Shown: positions 26,983 through 41,364 of the stretch, piece by piece
How positions within the stretch are numbered: the stretch's first letter is position 1
How the letters are laid out: every line of letters starts with the position of its first letter
DNA from: Dimorphilus gyrociliatus
Taxonomy: Eukaryota; Animalia; Annelida
Direction of reading: 5' to 3'
DNA length: 64,000 nucleotides
Assembly (NCBI GenBank): GCA_904063045.1
Contig: CAJFCJ010000012.1
Coordinates: forward strand, 1,798,001-1,862,000
Notes under the pieces: model-generated
The model's database searches: none
Told to the model about the DNA's origin: nothing
What the model saw: only the letters and a program-made list of their open reading frames with translations
Position numbers and translations under genes: made by a program

Positions 26983-29770
26983 TTAAGAAGTTAGTGCTTC
27001 AGTTAATTTTCGTAGATTCTCTTCTAGACTTTTCTCTGTTAACCGAAGAGATCTATGCTGAAGTCGGATCAATGCTTCGTATTGGATATGTGAGAAACTC
27101 GATGTTCCTTGCTCAATGATAGCACTTAAGAGATCATCGGGTTTTCGATAAAGTAGCTCGTAATATTGTCTAGCCGAATCTAAACCAGTGTAAGATCGAG
27201 TACTCAGAATTTTTCCAACTGTTTGTTGAGAGGAAAATATGTTTCGTATCATTTTCTTTACCCCATTTTGGTTCATTCTTTTTATTTTAGATGCAGAATT
27301 AATAAGTATTGAACCAATGACATATCCTACCCCTGACATAATATATCGAAAATATGCTGACGGAAGAGCATAAGACAGAGCTTCAGCTAGGGTAGTTAAA
27401 TTCCTATTTAATTCGCTAATTTTCGGGTCAACTTTAAGATCATCAGTTGCGCTATTGTAAGTCCTGTCTCTTAGGTGTCTAACGGCTGCCTGAACATTTT
27501 CTGCTGATTTTTCAATATGGCCTGGAAATAAATAATCGATATAGTTAAGATACTCTACAATGTTTAGCATACAAACCAGCTATCGGCTGTAAGTAGAAGA
27601 AACAATTTACTCTTATTTCTATGTATAATAGAAGAATGCAATTGTTATTTAGTTTGATCATATCGTCCTTAGCAGCCATTTGAAAGTCTTTTAAATGATT
27701 TAGAAGGAAAAGATTTGTATGAATAAGGCATGAAATGATCTTGAGGGTATCGGTAGAATCTTCAGTCATCAAGTCTACTCGTTGTAGGAAATTTTGAGAC
27801 GCCAAGTTATTAGTAAAAATTTCTGCCTCTTTATCTGAATTTTTGCTAAATTCTTCTACTGTTTTTGTTTTATTGCCATTGTCTAAAACTCTCCAACTAT
27901 GTTGAGATAGTAATAATCTAGTAATGTCGTCATCTTGGACCCAAGAACTACTAACTGTTCTTTTACTAATAATGAGTTCATACACTATTCGACTTTTATC
28001 ATAAAAAGCATAAATGACGTCGCTCAAAATGTCACTAAATTCTTTTAAATAATTGGGAATATTATCCGAGGATCCCTTCAATTTATTTATGCAATCAATA
28101 ACAGTTATAGCTGCCGTGAAAATAGGTAGTTGATTATCGACTCCTTCCTTAATCAGCGTAATATACTTATACCAATTAGTATCGGCTGTTGCTAGTTGTA
28201 ATTTTTCTAGGCATTGCTGTTTTAGTATACGTAAATAGGCACCAGTCATAAAATTATGTATATCGATATTTAATTGCAGTGAAGTATTTCTAGTATTTAG
28301 CGCCTTTCCAATGTCTACTGAAAATTCAATAACAGAAGAGTAAACCTGAACGATATTCTCGGGCTTTGGACTGCATATATAAACGGTTTGCTGACCCACT
28401 ATTTCTGGTTCATCTTCAACTCCCTGATTGGCATATGCATTTTGTCTTTCCTCTCGTTCATAAGATTTTAAGCTGAGGGCGTGAGAAGAATATTCAAATT
28501 TAAATAGAGTAGATTCAACTTTTGGCCTCCTTTTATTAAAATAAGATGAAATATCAACGTTTTTGTCGTTTAGTGTACTTCTATCTTTCTTTTTGATATC
28601 ATTTTTGGAATAATTGATATATTCCAGCAACAGATTTCGAACAACTTTCTGGGCCTGAACCCAAACATCTTGAATACAATAGATATCTAAAGCAGGTAGA
28701 CCCCTCTTCCATTGAGCCCGATTAGAATAAGCTAGTATGATTTCGTGAACGCGAACAACCAATCTAAATTGTTGAAATATTAGATCAAAGAGATCCTTTA
28801 ACAATGATGGGTCGTTATTTGTTTTTCCATTCTGCGCGTGAGCGTAAGCATTATCTGATACTTGTTGTGATGCTCTTTGAATAATAGACTTTAAACCAAA
28901 TTTGATCTTTTCCTTTACCGAATATAAAGCATCCTTTAATTCATTAAGAATAGCCAGGGATTCAATAAGAACGCCTATATATTGAACAGGTTTCTCTTCG
29001 ATTTCCTCTATAGGGACGTCGTTAAATTCGGCAAAATTCCTCAACTCATGCAAATCGGCATTCATAAGTTCATCCCTACGTTCATCATCCATAACCAAAT
29101 CTGATTTTAAATCAATATTTGACTGAAGGGAACCCGTAGATCTCGTAGAAGCCCTTGTTGATCCCATTCTTTGAAAGTTTCGTACAATGCATGCTGTAGA
29201 TTTTATATAGATTTGTTTATAAAGCTCATTTTTTAATTTAGTAACAATTTCTGCTTTCTTTAATTCTAATTCTCTTTTAGTTTCCCTTAATGCATCAACA
29301 TCTTGTAATTCAGATTCAATTATTCTTACGCAATTTATAACGGCAGTTGTAGCTTCTAAGTAACGCTTATTGTGAAGAAGGAACGGAAGTTGCTGAGTAC
29401 ATTCTCTTACTCTGTCAATTTCATCTAAAAGAGACGATAGCGTTTTCTGTTCTATAGCATCCGTCCATAATTTCGTTAATTCCTCCCTTTTACATCTCAA
29501 TAGATTTTTACAACTCTGTAAATTTTCTTTCAGGCCTCTTATCCTCTTTTGAGAATCGGTTATTTTTTCTGATATTCCTTGAAATGACTTGACTAACAAT
29601 TCGAGTGATGTATAATTTTCTCTTACCAAATCACCTAAAATTTTATCGGATTCCTTGTAATCCTTCTCAACTCTGTGCTTTAGCCTTGCTCTTTTGTCTG
29701 AGGAGGCGGATAGGGTATTTATTATATCATTTAAATAGCCCAATTCATTCTGTGTAGCTATTTTTGACAT
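26983..29770 (-). CDS. EXOC4: Exocyst complex component 4 (Sec8)
   Basis: Sec8 N-terminal region (LKENLQSCKNLLRCKREELTKLW) and C-terminal region (EIRVNCFFYL, MNQNGVKKMIRNIFSSQQ, LDSARQYYEL). One 55-bp intron at 27522-27576. Confidence 0.92.
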
Positions 29771-32700
29771 TTTTAGTAATTTTAAGAAGTGGGCCGATAA
29801 ATTCTTTTTCAGTCAGAAAAGATCTACTGAATATTCATCATTATATCGAATATCGTTTAATACCTGAGCAATGTCCATATTCCGCGAAATACAAAGATGC
29901 AACGAGTTATTCAAGTCGATATTTTTATTGAAGAATTTTATCTAAACGTATATCATAAAATGCTAAACAAATATTCCATTTAGAACTAATAATAAAGTAT
30001 TTAAAAAGCAAAACTCTTAAAGCTCTTATTTATAATGAATATTTCTCATATTATCGCTCAAACTATAAAACTATAAAACTATAAAAAGTTAATAGCACAA
30101 ACCAGCAGAAATCATGTGTTTTTCATATTACATGCTATATCAAATTAAAGTCATTTTGTGCTTCTGATAGATTAAGAATATTATATGCTTCAGTATCGTA
30201 TGATTCTTCAACAGTTTGACGCTGTTTTGAATAACAAGAGACACAAAAAAATACACATAATATATTTATCTGTAGATGTTTTAGCAAGCAATACAGATAG
30301 CATATTAGATACTTCAAGCATCTGCAAATTTTATAATTCCGTAAGGTGTGAGAAATAGGAAAGACTTTATTTTTTCTCATATAGTTCCAAAAGTATACTG
30401 TCTGTCGCTCGTGTCCAACTTGAGTGTTTAATCGTTTTCGAAAAACGACTAAAACTTTTCCTTGCTTAGGTTGCACATTAAATTCAACTTGATTGTTCAG
30501 TTGTGACTTTTACCAAGTTAAACCCAAATCTGAAAACAATTAGAAAAATAACACAACCTTTGAACTCTTTAATAACTTTTATTGCTGACATCCAATGGGT
30601 TTGTTATATATTTTTAATATTTGCTTTCTTGAATATTTCTATGTTCTTTCGCTTTGTTAAGAATAATAACTACGCAGTACGTAAGTTTTCATTCTAACAA
30701 GAATCATAACGAAAACGGTAGATATTAGTTTTTCATATAATATTTGTCCGCTAGATGGCGAAATAAGAATGTATTTTAAAAGAGTTTTTAAAAGATAAAA
30801 TTCGACTATATTTTAGTTTAACCAGATGCTTAAGTAATCGAAAATTTTCAATCAAGATTTGTATAGGTATACTCATGTTGATACGGTCTATCTGGTCTAA
30901 TTGACAGTTTAAGTAATAGTATTATTCGGTATAGTCAACATAGTGGAGATTTTAATTAATGTTGAAAATTTTCACTAAGAGCTGTCCATTATCTGGTTAA
31001 TTTCTAATAATAATTAAGAATAATAAATGGGAATAGGTATCTATTTATTACAATCCATTCATTCATCTAAATTAAGTATATTTAGAAAAATGATATGGGT
31101 AATTAAATTCGTATATTTTCAATGTTCAAACCTTTCAATATCGAATTTCAGTTTCTTTCCCTTTTATTTCTTTCTCTCTCTCTCTCTCTCTCTATCTTTT
31201 TCACTTTCCTATTTTTATAAAAATGAAAAAAAAAATGAACAGAATTCCTACACAATACAGTGACTAAAATCTTTCAATTTCTTGCTAAAATTATTGAATT
31301 ATTTTTTAATGGCCAAGGTACTCAAAATGGGAAAGCTTTAGTGCCAGGCTATAGCTATGGTAACAACACAGCGTGTCTATACCGTGCCGGCATTCTTACA
31401 TTGGATATATTTACCCGTTTAATGTTCCCTTTCCTATAGATAGTTAACAAAGTTTAGAAACAGTGAGTTCTTACCCTTGTTTTTTTTTTATGTAAATCTG
31501 AGTATAAGTGTGAATGAAACTCGTGATATTAAAAGCTAACACGTGGGTAATGTGTTGTACTATACATTTCTAGGTTGCTCACAATTCTATTTACGTATCT
31601 AGACTGGATTCTTTGCAGATATATATAGTATACAGGATATATACATATGTACATACGTAAATTTATATATATATATATATATCTTGTCTCTTTTGACCTA
31701 AATGAAAAATGTTATATATTTTTAAGAAACTGCAATGCCCGTATCAATGAATAGTATTAACAATACGATAGATTTGATATTTTACAATACTATTTTTCCT
31801 TAATGATATCTTTTCCATTATTATGTTTCCTAATATTTTTATATATATTTTTTTTGAGCTGCTATGAAAGTAGAATGACCTTACACTATTAATCATAAAG
31901 AATGCTGTTTAGACGAAAATTTCCGACTCAGTCATAATCCAATAAATTTGAATATTTATAAGGGGATTTTCCAGCACTCTGAAAACTTGCTTTTTCATTT
32001 CCGCTTAATTATTATTTGTCAATACATCTGTTTTAGATAATGTATTTATCAAATATGAAGTAAATGACGATTCTATAGAGAAATAAACAAGTGAATATAC
32101 TTGTTAAAAAATAGTAAAAGTATATATATAGTATTATAAACAGCGTTGGTGGTACTACTACTTTTTCATTCATAAATTCATAAGTTTCACAAGACAATAA
32201 AATATTATAGAATCTTTAATAATATTTAAATTATCTTTATCTTCAATCTATTTCAATTATAATAACAATAGTATAATAATAAAATAGTAACTGTTGAATT
32301 AGATTTTCGAAAAACTGCTGTTCATTGAATAAATAAACTACGGATGATAGAATCGTCTGGCTTATCAATAAATTATTCGACATTCTTTTACAATTGATAA
32401 TATTGATTTAGATATTTTATTTATTTCGAAATTTTCCACTGATATTTTGTAAACAAAATTAACCTCTCTTTGAATTTTTACTAGGACATTAACTGTCCAA
32501 AAATAGCATTTTATCTTTTCAAGTATTTCGTTTGCTTTTGTCAATAAAACAGCATTCGAATTTAAAGAAATACAAAAATATTCAATGAAAAAAAATGACT
32601 AAATTAGCTTTTTTTTTTAAAAAAAACAAGCATTTATCATTTGGTTTTATAACAGACTTTCTCTATTATATAATATTATTAAACTTGTATTGAATAATAT

Positions 32701-33967
32701 TATGAATTATTAGATGATAAATACGTTTAAGAATAACTTTTATTTATTTATATAAATAAGAGATATGAGATAAATATTTTCCCTCTCCATTGTTTTTTAC
32801 ATCCTAGAAATAGTTTAAATTAAAAAAAGATTTCTTTAGAAAATGAAACTAGAGTATTATCCTCGATAACAGAGAACAAATAAATAAAAATACCTACCAA
32901 GTACTTTAAGATAAGATAGCATTTTAAATAGTCTTTTTTAGAAATAACTGATTATATTTCAATTGTGAAAAAAAGGACCATTTCCTTTATATTTAGGGTT
33001 TTAACTATGCGTTTTATAGAGGTTTTAATATTTCCAAAATTTGAAGACATGCGCATCGAAACACACTAGGCTCAAATGAATAATGTAACTGGAACCAGTT
33101 TATATTCAAATTTAATGTTAATGATGGAATTATCCAGGATTTTTCTTATGACTTTTGTAACATCTACTAAAGCAAAATATAACAGGTATTTACGTATATA
33201 TTGCAATTAGAAAACAATCAAAAATATTAGTTTAAATATATATTAAAAAATTGTTATTATGTGTAATTTTAAGTTTATATTGTGCACTTTTTCCAAGTCA
33301 CAAATAAAAGAACCAGGTAAATTCCTCTCCATTCTTAAAATCACTTTCATTGAATAGTTGTATACAAAAAAAAATTCGGCCGTTTCTATAGACATTTTTG
33401 ATTCTCTCCCGCATTCCTTAATTTTCATATTTTGTTTTTGGAAAATCTATAATATAAACCAAAAAACCATAAATTTATATAAAAAATAATATGATATCAA
33501 ATATCTTGTTGATACTTTAAAGGAGTGTTTGTTTAAATTGCTATTCGCTCTGAAGTAAAACTTTGAATTTATAAATGTGGGAATTTCCATTTTGCATAAA
33601 TTATCAATTGGCGGCAAGATGCTCATGCTAGCAGCATATGTAGCCAGAACTCCAAAGCGAAAAGAATGGCGCTTTTCAAAAAAGTAAAAGAATATTTTGT
33701 TGTTAATTGTCAAGATGAGGTATAGATTATTTATGTAATTATATTGAATAATATTATTATATTATGAATCATTATAAAACTATTTGCTTTTTCAAATGAA
33801 AGCATTAAAGTTTATCTAACTTAACAATACTAAACAGGATATAATACAAGATCTTTTGCTAACGGTTGACCACAACTGTAGGATTCATATATATATATAT
33901 ATTCAAATTCCAAAAGAATACTAACTAACCCATTCTTATGTACTATTTGTTTATAAAGAAAACGAAA

Positions 33968-36300
33968 ATGGCCTCAGAAGCAGATTCACAAATAGCAAAT
34001 GAAGAAGAATTTATTGATCTAAAGAAAACGGCCAATGATAAAGCACATATCGAAGAAGGTAATCAACTTCTCACTTCGGATCCAGAAAGCGCGAAAGAGA
34101 AATCTGATTTGAGCAGTAAGAAAAATAGAGGAGAGTGGGGAGGAAAGTTCGAATTCTTACTATCATGCTTATCGTATGCAGTAGGGCTTGGGAATCTATG
34201 GCGATTCCCATACCTCTGCTACAAAAACGGTGGAGGCGCATTTCTCATACCATACACAGTTATGCTCCTGGTGGCAGGGATTCCTCTATTTTTTCTAGAA
34301 TTGAGTTTTGGGCAGAAAGCTAAAGAAGGTGTTATATCAATATGGAAAATTTGTCCTCTCTTTCAAGGAATTGGATGGGGAATGTTTCTGGTCTCCCTGT
34401 TCATTTCCATCTATTACAATATGATCATCGCATGGACATTATTCTATTTGGGTAGTTCTTTTAGCAGTGATGTACCCTGGCGCCATTGTGAAAACGACTG
34501 GAATACTGGAGAATGCGGCGTTCATAAATTCTTAATGTTGAAAAACTGTACAGAAATTTTAAAGGGATTGTTCTACAACAACACGTGTTTAACTAGAGAT
34601 GAGATTGGTAACAGCCAATTTGAAATAATGAGCAATTGGACAAACGTTAGCACAAAAGCTGACCACAATAGTATTGCGTATCCAAGCGATGAATTCTTCC
34701 ACAGAAATGTCCTGCAGATGTCGGAAGGATTTCATGATTTTGGAACGCCAAATTTGTCATTATCCATGGCACTTTTAGGGGCCTGGATTCTTGTAGGAAT
34801 TTGCCTTAGTAAAGGGATCAAATCTGCAGGCAGGGCAGTTTATTTTACTGCAACATTCCCATACTTGGTTTTAATTATACTTCTAATCAGGGGATTGACT
34901 CTTGAAGGATCATTCGAAGGAATAAAATTTTATTTGACACCCGAGTGGAGTCGTTTAGCAACTGCAAAAGTATGGGGGGACGCGGCAGTACAGATTTTCT
35001 TCTCATTATCACCTTGCTGGGGTGGCTTGATTACTCTTGCATCTTATAACAAGACGAATAATAACTGTCTAAGGGATGCATTAGTCGTTTCTATCGCAAA
35101 TTGTAAGTTAATCGTTTTCGCAATCTATACTTTTTACGAATCTATTTTTATCTCCTTAAGGATAGTTGTCTTTAAAAATACTTAAAGTTGTCATCAATGA
35201 CAAGGTCAATGAAAACAATACTAAAACTAAGGTATTAGATTTTCGAATAAAACGATAGTTAAATTAGTATACATCAAGGCCGATGGCCAAGAAGTTTATT
35301 TTTATACCAAGAGGTGAAATTAAACAATTTTTAGGACATTTTCTAGGCTTAACTCATGTAATATATTATTTAAAATAATGCAAAAATATAAAGAAAATAT
35401 AAATGATCTTACTAATAACTATAATTTTCACTTATAGGTTTAACATCGTTTTTTGCCGGATTCGTTATATTTGGTATTATTGGATTTATGGCAAATGAAA
35501 TGGGTCTAGATGTTGGAAAGGTGGCTAAAAGTGGAGCTGGTCTTGCCTTTATTGTGTATCCGGAAGTAGTGTCTCGACTACCCATATCACCGCTATGGGC
35601 AATTTTATTTTTTCTAATGCTGCTAACACTTGGTCTTGGTACACAATTTGCAGTTGTTACTACAGTTCACACTACCTTATTGGATGTGTTTCCAAGTGTC
35701 TTACGTCGAGGAAAGAGACCAATGTTGGTTATGTTGGGTATTTGTATATTTGGTTATTTGGTTGGGTTGAGCTGTACTACAAGAGGAGGAATCTATCTTT
35801 TACAATTAATCGACAATTACGCAGCTTCTTATTCTGTGCTAATTATTGGTTTATTCGAATGCTCCGTTCTCTCATGGGTTTATGGTGTTGATAAATATAT
35901 AGACACTATTAGCGACATGCTTACGTTTCGTGTTCCAATAGTGTTTAAATATATGTGGAAGTATGTAACGCCGATTATATTAATTGCAATTATGTTATTC
36001 ACTTGGATTGACTATCAGCCTTCCTATTACGGGTCATACATTTTCCCAACTTGGGCCGACTCCTTGGGATGGACTATTTCAATGACATCAGTTTCAGCTA
36101 TTCCAATTGTAGCGTTTTATAAACTTTTCATGCGGAAATCTGTTGAAGGAGAAAGTTTTATGGATAAAATCCGAGATTTATGTAAACCTGACGATACCTG
36201 GGGAAAGCCATTCTCAATTACTAAAGCCACAGGGAACAAAGAACTTTATCAGACAAACAGTCGTTCGGAGACACCTTCAGAAAATAATGAGAAGGTTTGA
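33968..36300 (+). CDS. SLC6 Na+/Cl- dependent transporter, glycine transporter (GlyT)-like
   Basis: RGEWGGKFEFLLSCLSYAVGLGNLWRFPYLCYKNGGGAF and QIFFSLSPCWGGLITLASYN (the TM6 Trp is typical of GlyTs); also GAGLAFIVYPE. One intron at 35103-35437. Confidence 0.9.
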
Positions 36301-39300
36301 CAAACAAAGAAAACTAGTGACATTACTTCACGTAAGAAATCTCACATACCTAAAGTTACTTGTTGTAAAAGTCTGTTTTGTTTGGTATTCAATCTTCATT
36401 CTAGTTGTAAAGTTTGATGCGATTGTGCGGGTTATTTTTTTACCTGGCTTTATAAATATTTCACAAGTATATTAATATACTTGTAGAATAATTATAAAAC
36501 TAGATAAAAACTCTTGCGATCTAGTCAAACTTTATAATATGAAAGGGAATTAAATCCCCAGTAAAATAGCCTTTTATGAAAGAAAATTTAGGTATGAGAC
36601 ATTTCTTTTATAGCGATTTTTTAAATTTCCTTTTTGGGGTAGGGTTTTCTTAGGATGATTTTACCCTAGTCTTATTTTTTATCTGTTTTCAAATATGATT
36701 CATTTTAACTAGAATGCTATAAAACGAAAATAAGCTCAGGGTAAAATGGTGCTAAGAAGGAAAGAGTAAAACGTTATATTGCTCTACCTCTTCTGATAGG
36801 GAAATTTATGCATTTTTCAAATTCTTTCTTGATATAAATATTTCTTTCATATAAAATATTTTGTTTAATACAAAAAACATATTTCCAAAGTGTATAAATC
36901 TTTCTTACTATTTAAAAAAATAAGATAAATTACCTTTAAAAGAATAAACAGATGCTTTGATAGAGCCTCATCGGAAAATGTCAAATTTTCTCTCCTTTTT
37001 TTTTTACAACATCTAAAGATTCTTTTTTGTATACAGTGTATTTTAGTTACAAGAGATATAGGAACAAAACTCTCTTTAACCTTGCTCTCTCTACCTGAGT
37101 ACAACTGTAATTAACGTGAAAAAGAATTCTGTGTAGGTATCTTTAGTTCTTAATTTGAAGAGGACTAATTTAGCCCACAAGCAAAGTTACTTTGCTACTA
37201 ATGTCTTAATAGATATATTCTCTATTACCACAATTTATAACTAATTTTATGCAGTAAACCTATCATCAAAATCTTTTATAAATATAAGAGACTGTTAATT
37301 TTAATTGAACAGGACAGAGATGATAAAGTTTCCTCCAATTTTTTCATTTTTTATTCAAGAGTTTAATGTAATGGAAAATAAAACAAGAAAAGAATAATGA
37401 TTGTAAAAGTAATATATCAGAATATTCAATATCAGAGAATGTGATTGTACAGGTTGTTGCCAGTCGAACAAATCAATTAAATAAACATTAATGAAAGGGG
37501 CGTAAATCTGTATTATTCCTTCAGCAGTATGCAGCAGGTATTGCATATACATGTATAGATCTATTTTTAACAACCATTTAATAAGATATTCTAATGCTAA
37601 GCTCTTCCGGTCGAATCTTTTTTCATAGTATTATAAGATCGATTTGACATAGTTTTTTTTCTGTAAAACTCCTTCCTTGTCACTAGCTTTGATGATTGTT
37701 TGATGTATTTTCATGAAAATAGTAGCTAAAAGATATTCAGTATTCAATAAATAAAGATAATTGAATTGTTTCAAGTCTAGACAGATACAGTGAAAACTGT
37801 AATCGAAATTGAAGTGCTCTTTAAACCTCTTTAAATCTTTAGAAGTAGGATAAGCTCAACGTTTTAAAAATGAAAAAAATGATCGTTTTTATCCGAAAAA
37901 GAGATCACATTTTTTCCATACTGGACAATAATTTTATAACATGTGCAAACTTTCCATAAAGCAAACTATAGGATAAATCATCTTTGTAGCTTTTAAATCT
38001 AGTTCTTTCTTCAAAAGGAATAGAGATTATCTCATATTTGCATACCTGTTTAAAATTGATTCCATTCATAAAATATATTAGTATTATATTATATTCTAAT
38101 ATAAATTAAATGAGATTGTTTTGAAATAGAATATTCTTCTCGTTTAAGATTAAAAAGTATATTTTCATAGTTTATATAAACATAAATAGGAGTTTGCCTT
38201 GTATTTTAGCATCATTTTTTATTCGTTTCATTAATGATTTCAATTCTGCCCAACATTTAACCTTCGACAATATTCTAATTAGTTCCTCTGCTTAATTATT
38301 GATTATTTACGTCATAGAACTAATCTATTTCTTTTTTCATTACTATATCGCTATAGAAAGTCTTTTATAGAAAAAATGTCATTCTTTCCTTTGATTTATA
38401 TCACTTAACAATTTGACTAAAGCTTACTTTTTGTTGAGATATTTGAAGAGCATCTATGATAATATAAAAATTAAAGGTAACTTAATTGGTACTCAATCGC
38501 TCTCTTTGGAGATTTTCCATCATTTTGTCACTTATACTTAACCAAGTTATAAATCCTTGGAGGCAATCTAATATTTTAATATACGGCTTTATGGTTTGTC
38601 AGTCAATTGCCAATGAATTTCCTGTTGATGGATTTCTGATGAATTATGCATTGGAGGAGAAGGTAGTCTAAAAACTTCATCAGTAAATTAACTAACATAA
38701 AGATAAGATAGATAAAAATAGTTTTCCATTAGGGCAAGTACTAAAATTTTCATCGAATCAAATTTAATAACACTTTGAATAAAAGGACATTCCAACATTC
38801 AGAAGAGTATATTAAACTCTTTCTTTCTTGATAACTTATCAAGCTTTCTTTTAAATGATAGATATATTTTCTCTTTCATAATCGGTAAAAATCAGTCTTA
38901 TCTTACAAGAAGATAGAATGTTCCCTTTTCGGATAGTTTTCAAAAAATGTTATTCGCCGCCATCTTTATTAATGACTACTCAAAACAAATAAACAGATAG
39001 AGAGAGAGGGAGGGAGAAGGCTCACATTGTATAATGTTTTGTATGCTTGTTTATAAATTAAGAATTTATACTATTGGAAAAACGAAGAGAAGAAGAGACT
39101 ATAAATAATATTTCTTTATAATTTTTCCCCAAACTATTTAGGTTTGTATCAAATTTCATGGTTCTTTTTATAACAGGTTTATTTATATTGGAATATTGAG
39201 TGAACGTTATCATTCTTTTAAATTTTTTGTCCCCTTTTCAATTAAATATATAATAGAATTATCCAATAAACAATTCTTAGTATTTCCATTCGTATTAAAA

Positions 39301-39861
39301 TGATATTGAACCACATTTATAATTGTTTTTCGTTCATTTAAACGGAAATCTCGTGCTATTTGCTTTTAGTTTTAATTGATAGAGTTATTTTCCCCTCTAT
39401 TCCTGTTTTTTTCCTTTCTTTTCAATATATACAAATAATTTAGATGAAATTGTAATATTCCTATCATATTCTCCTATAGAGTCAAACATTGTAATAATTT
39501 ATGACGAGATTCTGAATATTACCATCGATAGTGTTATTAGGTTTTTTCCACAGTATGGTAGAGTCATCTAGCGGGCTATCTTTTATTTATATCTAGATTT
39601 GCTTGGCCTCGAACCTGGAAAATGTTGATCTAAAATATGCTAAACATAGTTCTTGCGGAGCCAGTCATGCATTTATTTCTAAACTAATAGTGTTTATTCA
39701 TCAATAGAAACCTCTACGCAACGAATTAGTTCGATAATTTTGTTATATGACTATAATGTCTTAGAATGATATAAAAATGATAAAGTATCTTCTTATTAGA
39801 TCAGCAAGTACGATCATTGCAAAGAAAAAAAAATGTATCAGTTCATGAAGGGTGCACTGAC

Positions 39862-41364
39862 TTATTCGATTCCAAGTTCTTTTTTGGTGAAATCCCATAA
39901 GACTTTGCAAGCTTTGTCATCATTACACAATTTTGACATCTCGTACTCCTCGCATTCTCTATTAATGAAAAGGTATTAAGGTTTAATACTCATGTAAAAA
40001 TAATAATTATTTATCATTACACAAAATATCTGCCTGCTTTCGATTCTAAGCCTCTTTGCAAGCTACAATATAGAGGAGTTTGAGAGCCTTGTTTAGGTGT
40101 TTTACCAATTTGCACCATTGGATTCCAACAATCAAGAGTCTGTTTAAAAAAGATAAATTATATATTTTAAAAATTGAATTGAAATGTTACAAGTTAATTA
40201 TCTATCTAAACTTTTTATATATTTAGCTCTTCAAAGAGCTTAGTCATGCTAACGGATAAAACAATAGTGCTATATAACACTGATAGTTAGTATGTTAAAT
40301 ACTATAACAGTACTTTTACCATATCTACTAATTTAAAAAGAAAATTAGAATTATGATAGTATTAAGAGATTAAACGGTATGTCATCTTTATAAAATTACC
40401 TTAAAGAGAATGTAGCTTGAAAAGTCATTAAGAAATGTATAGTATCGCGTAATTTCTGTATGGACTGTACCTGGATGGCAACTATACGCTGTTACGCCTA
40501 AGTCTATGGAAATAATTGTTTAAATGAGCAGCAATGATCATGAAGTTTTATTAATGAAAGAAATATAGTACTTCCGTAAAGTTCTTGCAATTGTCTTGCG
40601 TGCATAACGTTAGCCGCTTTGCTTCTGCAATAGAGATAAAAATTCGAAGGTCCAAAACAACCTGATTTGATATGAAAATCTTTAAACATCATATCTGTTC
40701 CAGAAAAGTGAGCCGAAGAAGAAACGTTTATTATTCTACTTGGAGCACTTTTCTTCAATAGATCCATTAATAGGTGCGTGAGAAGAAAGTGACCAAGATA
40801 ATTTGTTGCAATAATAGTTTCAAAACCTTCACTTGTATGAGTGTTCAATGCTTTCATTATGCCGCCATTATTTATTAAGATATCTAGCCTACTCTCCTCT
40901 ATTAGTTGAAAAATATTCCCAAAATTAACTTTTAATTACAATATTAAAATTCTAATAAATTACAAACGTTTGTTAAATTGATCAGCAAATTTTCGTACAC
41001 TTTTCATCGACGATAAATCCAAATCCATAAGAATTACTTGACCGAACTTGCCAGTATCGTTTTCAATTTCTTCTTTCGCAGCTTTACCTTTCGGTCTGTA
41101 TCTACAAGGTAAAATAACTTTTGCGCCCCTTCGCACGAACTCTCTTACACATTCTTTCCCTATTCCAGAAGTTCCTCCAGTAACAAGAGCAACTTTACCA
41201 TCTAATCTTACGTCGGATTTGCATATTGCATGCTCCTTTATCCTAAAAAAAAGTTTGTTTCAAATTGAGGAAAAGAAATCTTATTAAATGACAAACTCGT
41301 GTTCAAATTGAGCAGCTGCTCGAAATTCGGGATTGGTAAAAACGTGATAAAACATAGTTGCCAT
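39862..41364 (-). CDS. Retinol dehydrogenase 11/12/13/14-like SDR
   Basis: CKSDVRLDGKVALVTGGTSGIG, LDLSSMKSVRKFA, ATNYLGHFLLTHLL, RIINVSSSAH, catalytic YCRSK, HPGTVHTEI, KTPKQGSQT. Confidence 0.9.

Noticed and set aside
33447-33713. Slightly GC-rich minus ORF upstream of the SLC6 gene, including GGCAAGATGCT (33613-33623), which matches the start of miR-31
   Set aside because: The match stops after 11 nt, there is no convincing pre-miRNA hairpin, and the ORF has no recognisable domain or splice support.
36750-39800. About 3 kb AT-rich gap with short ORFs (36865, 37355, 38486)
   Set aside because: ORFs are short, biased and not joinable by plausible splice sites; no transposon hallmarks seen.
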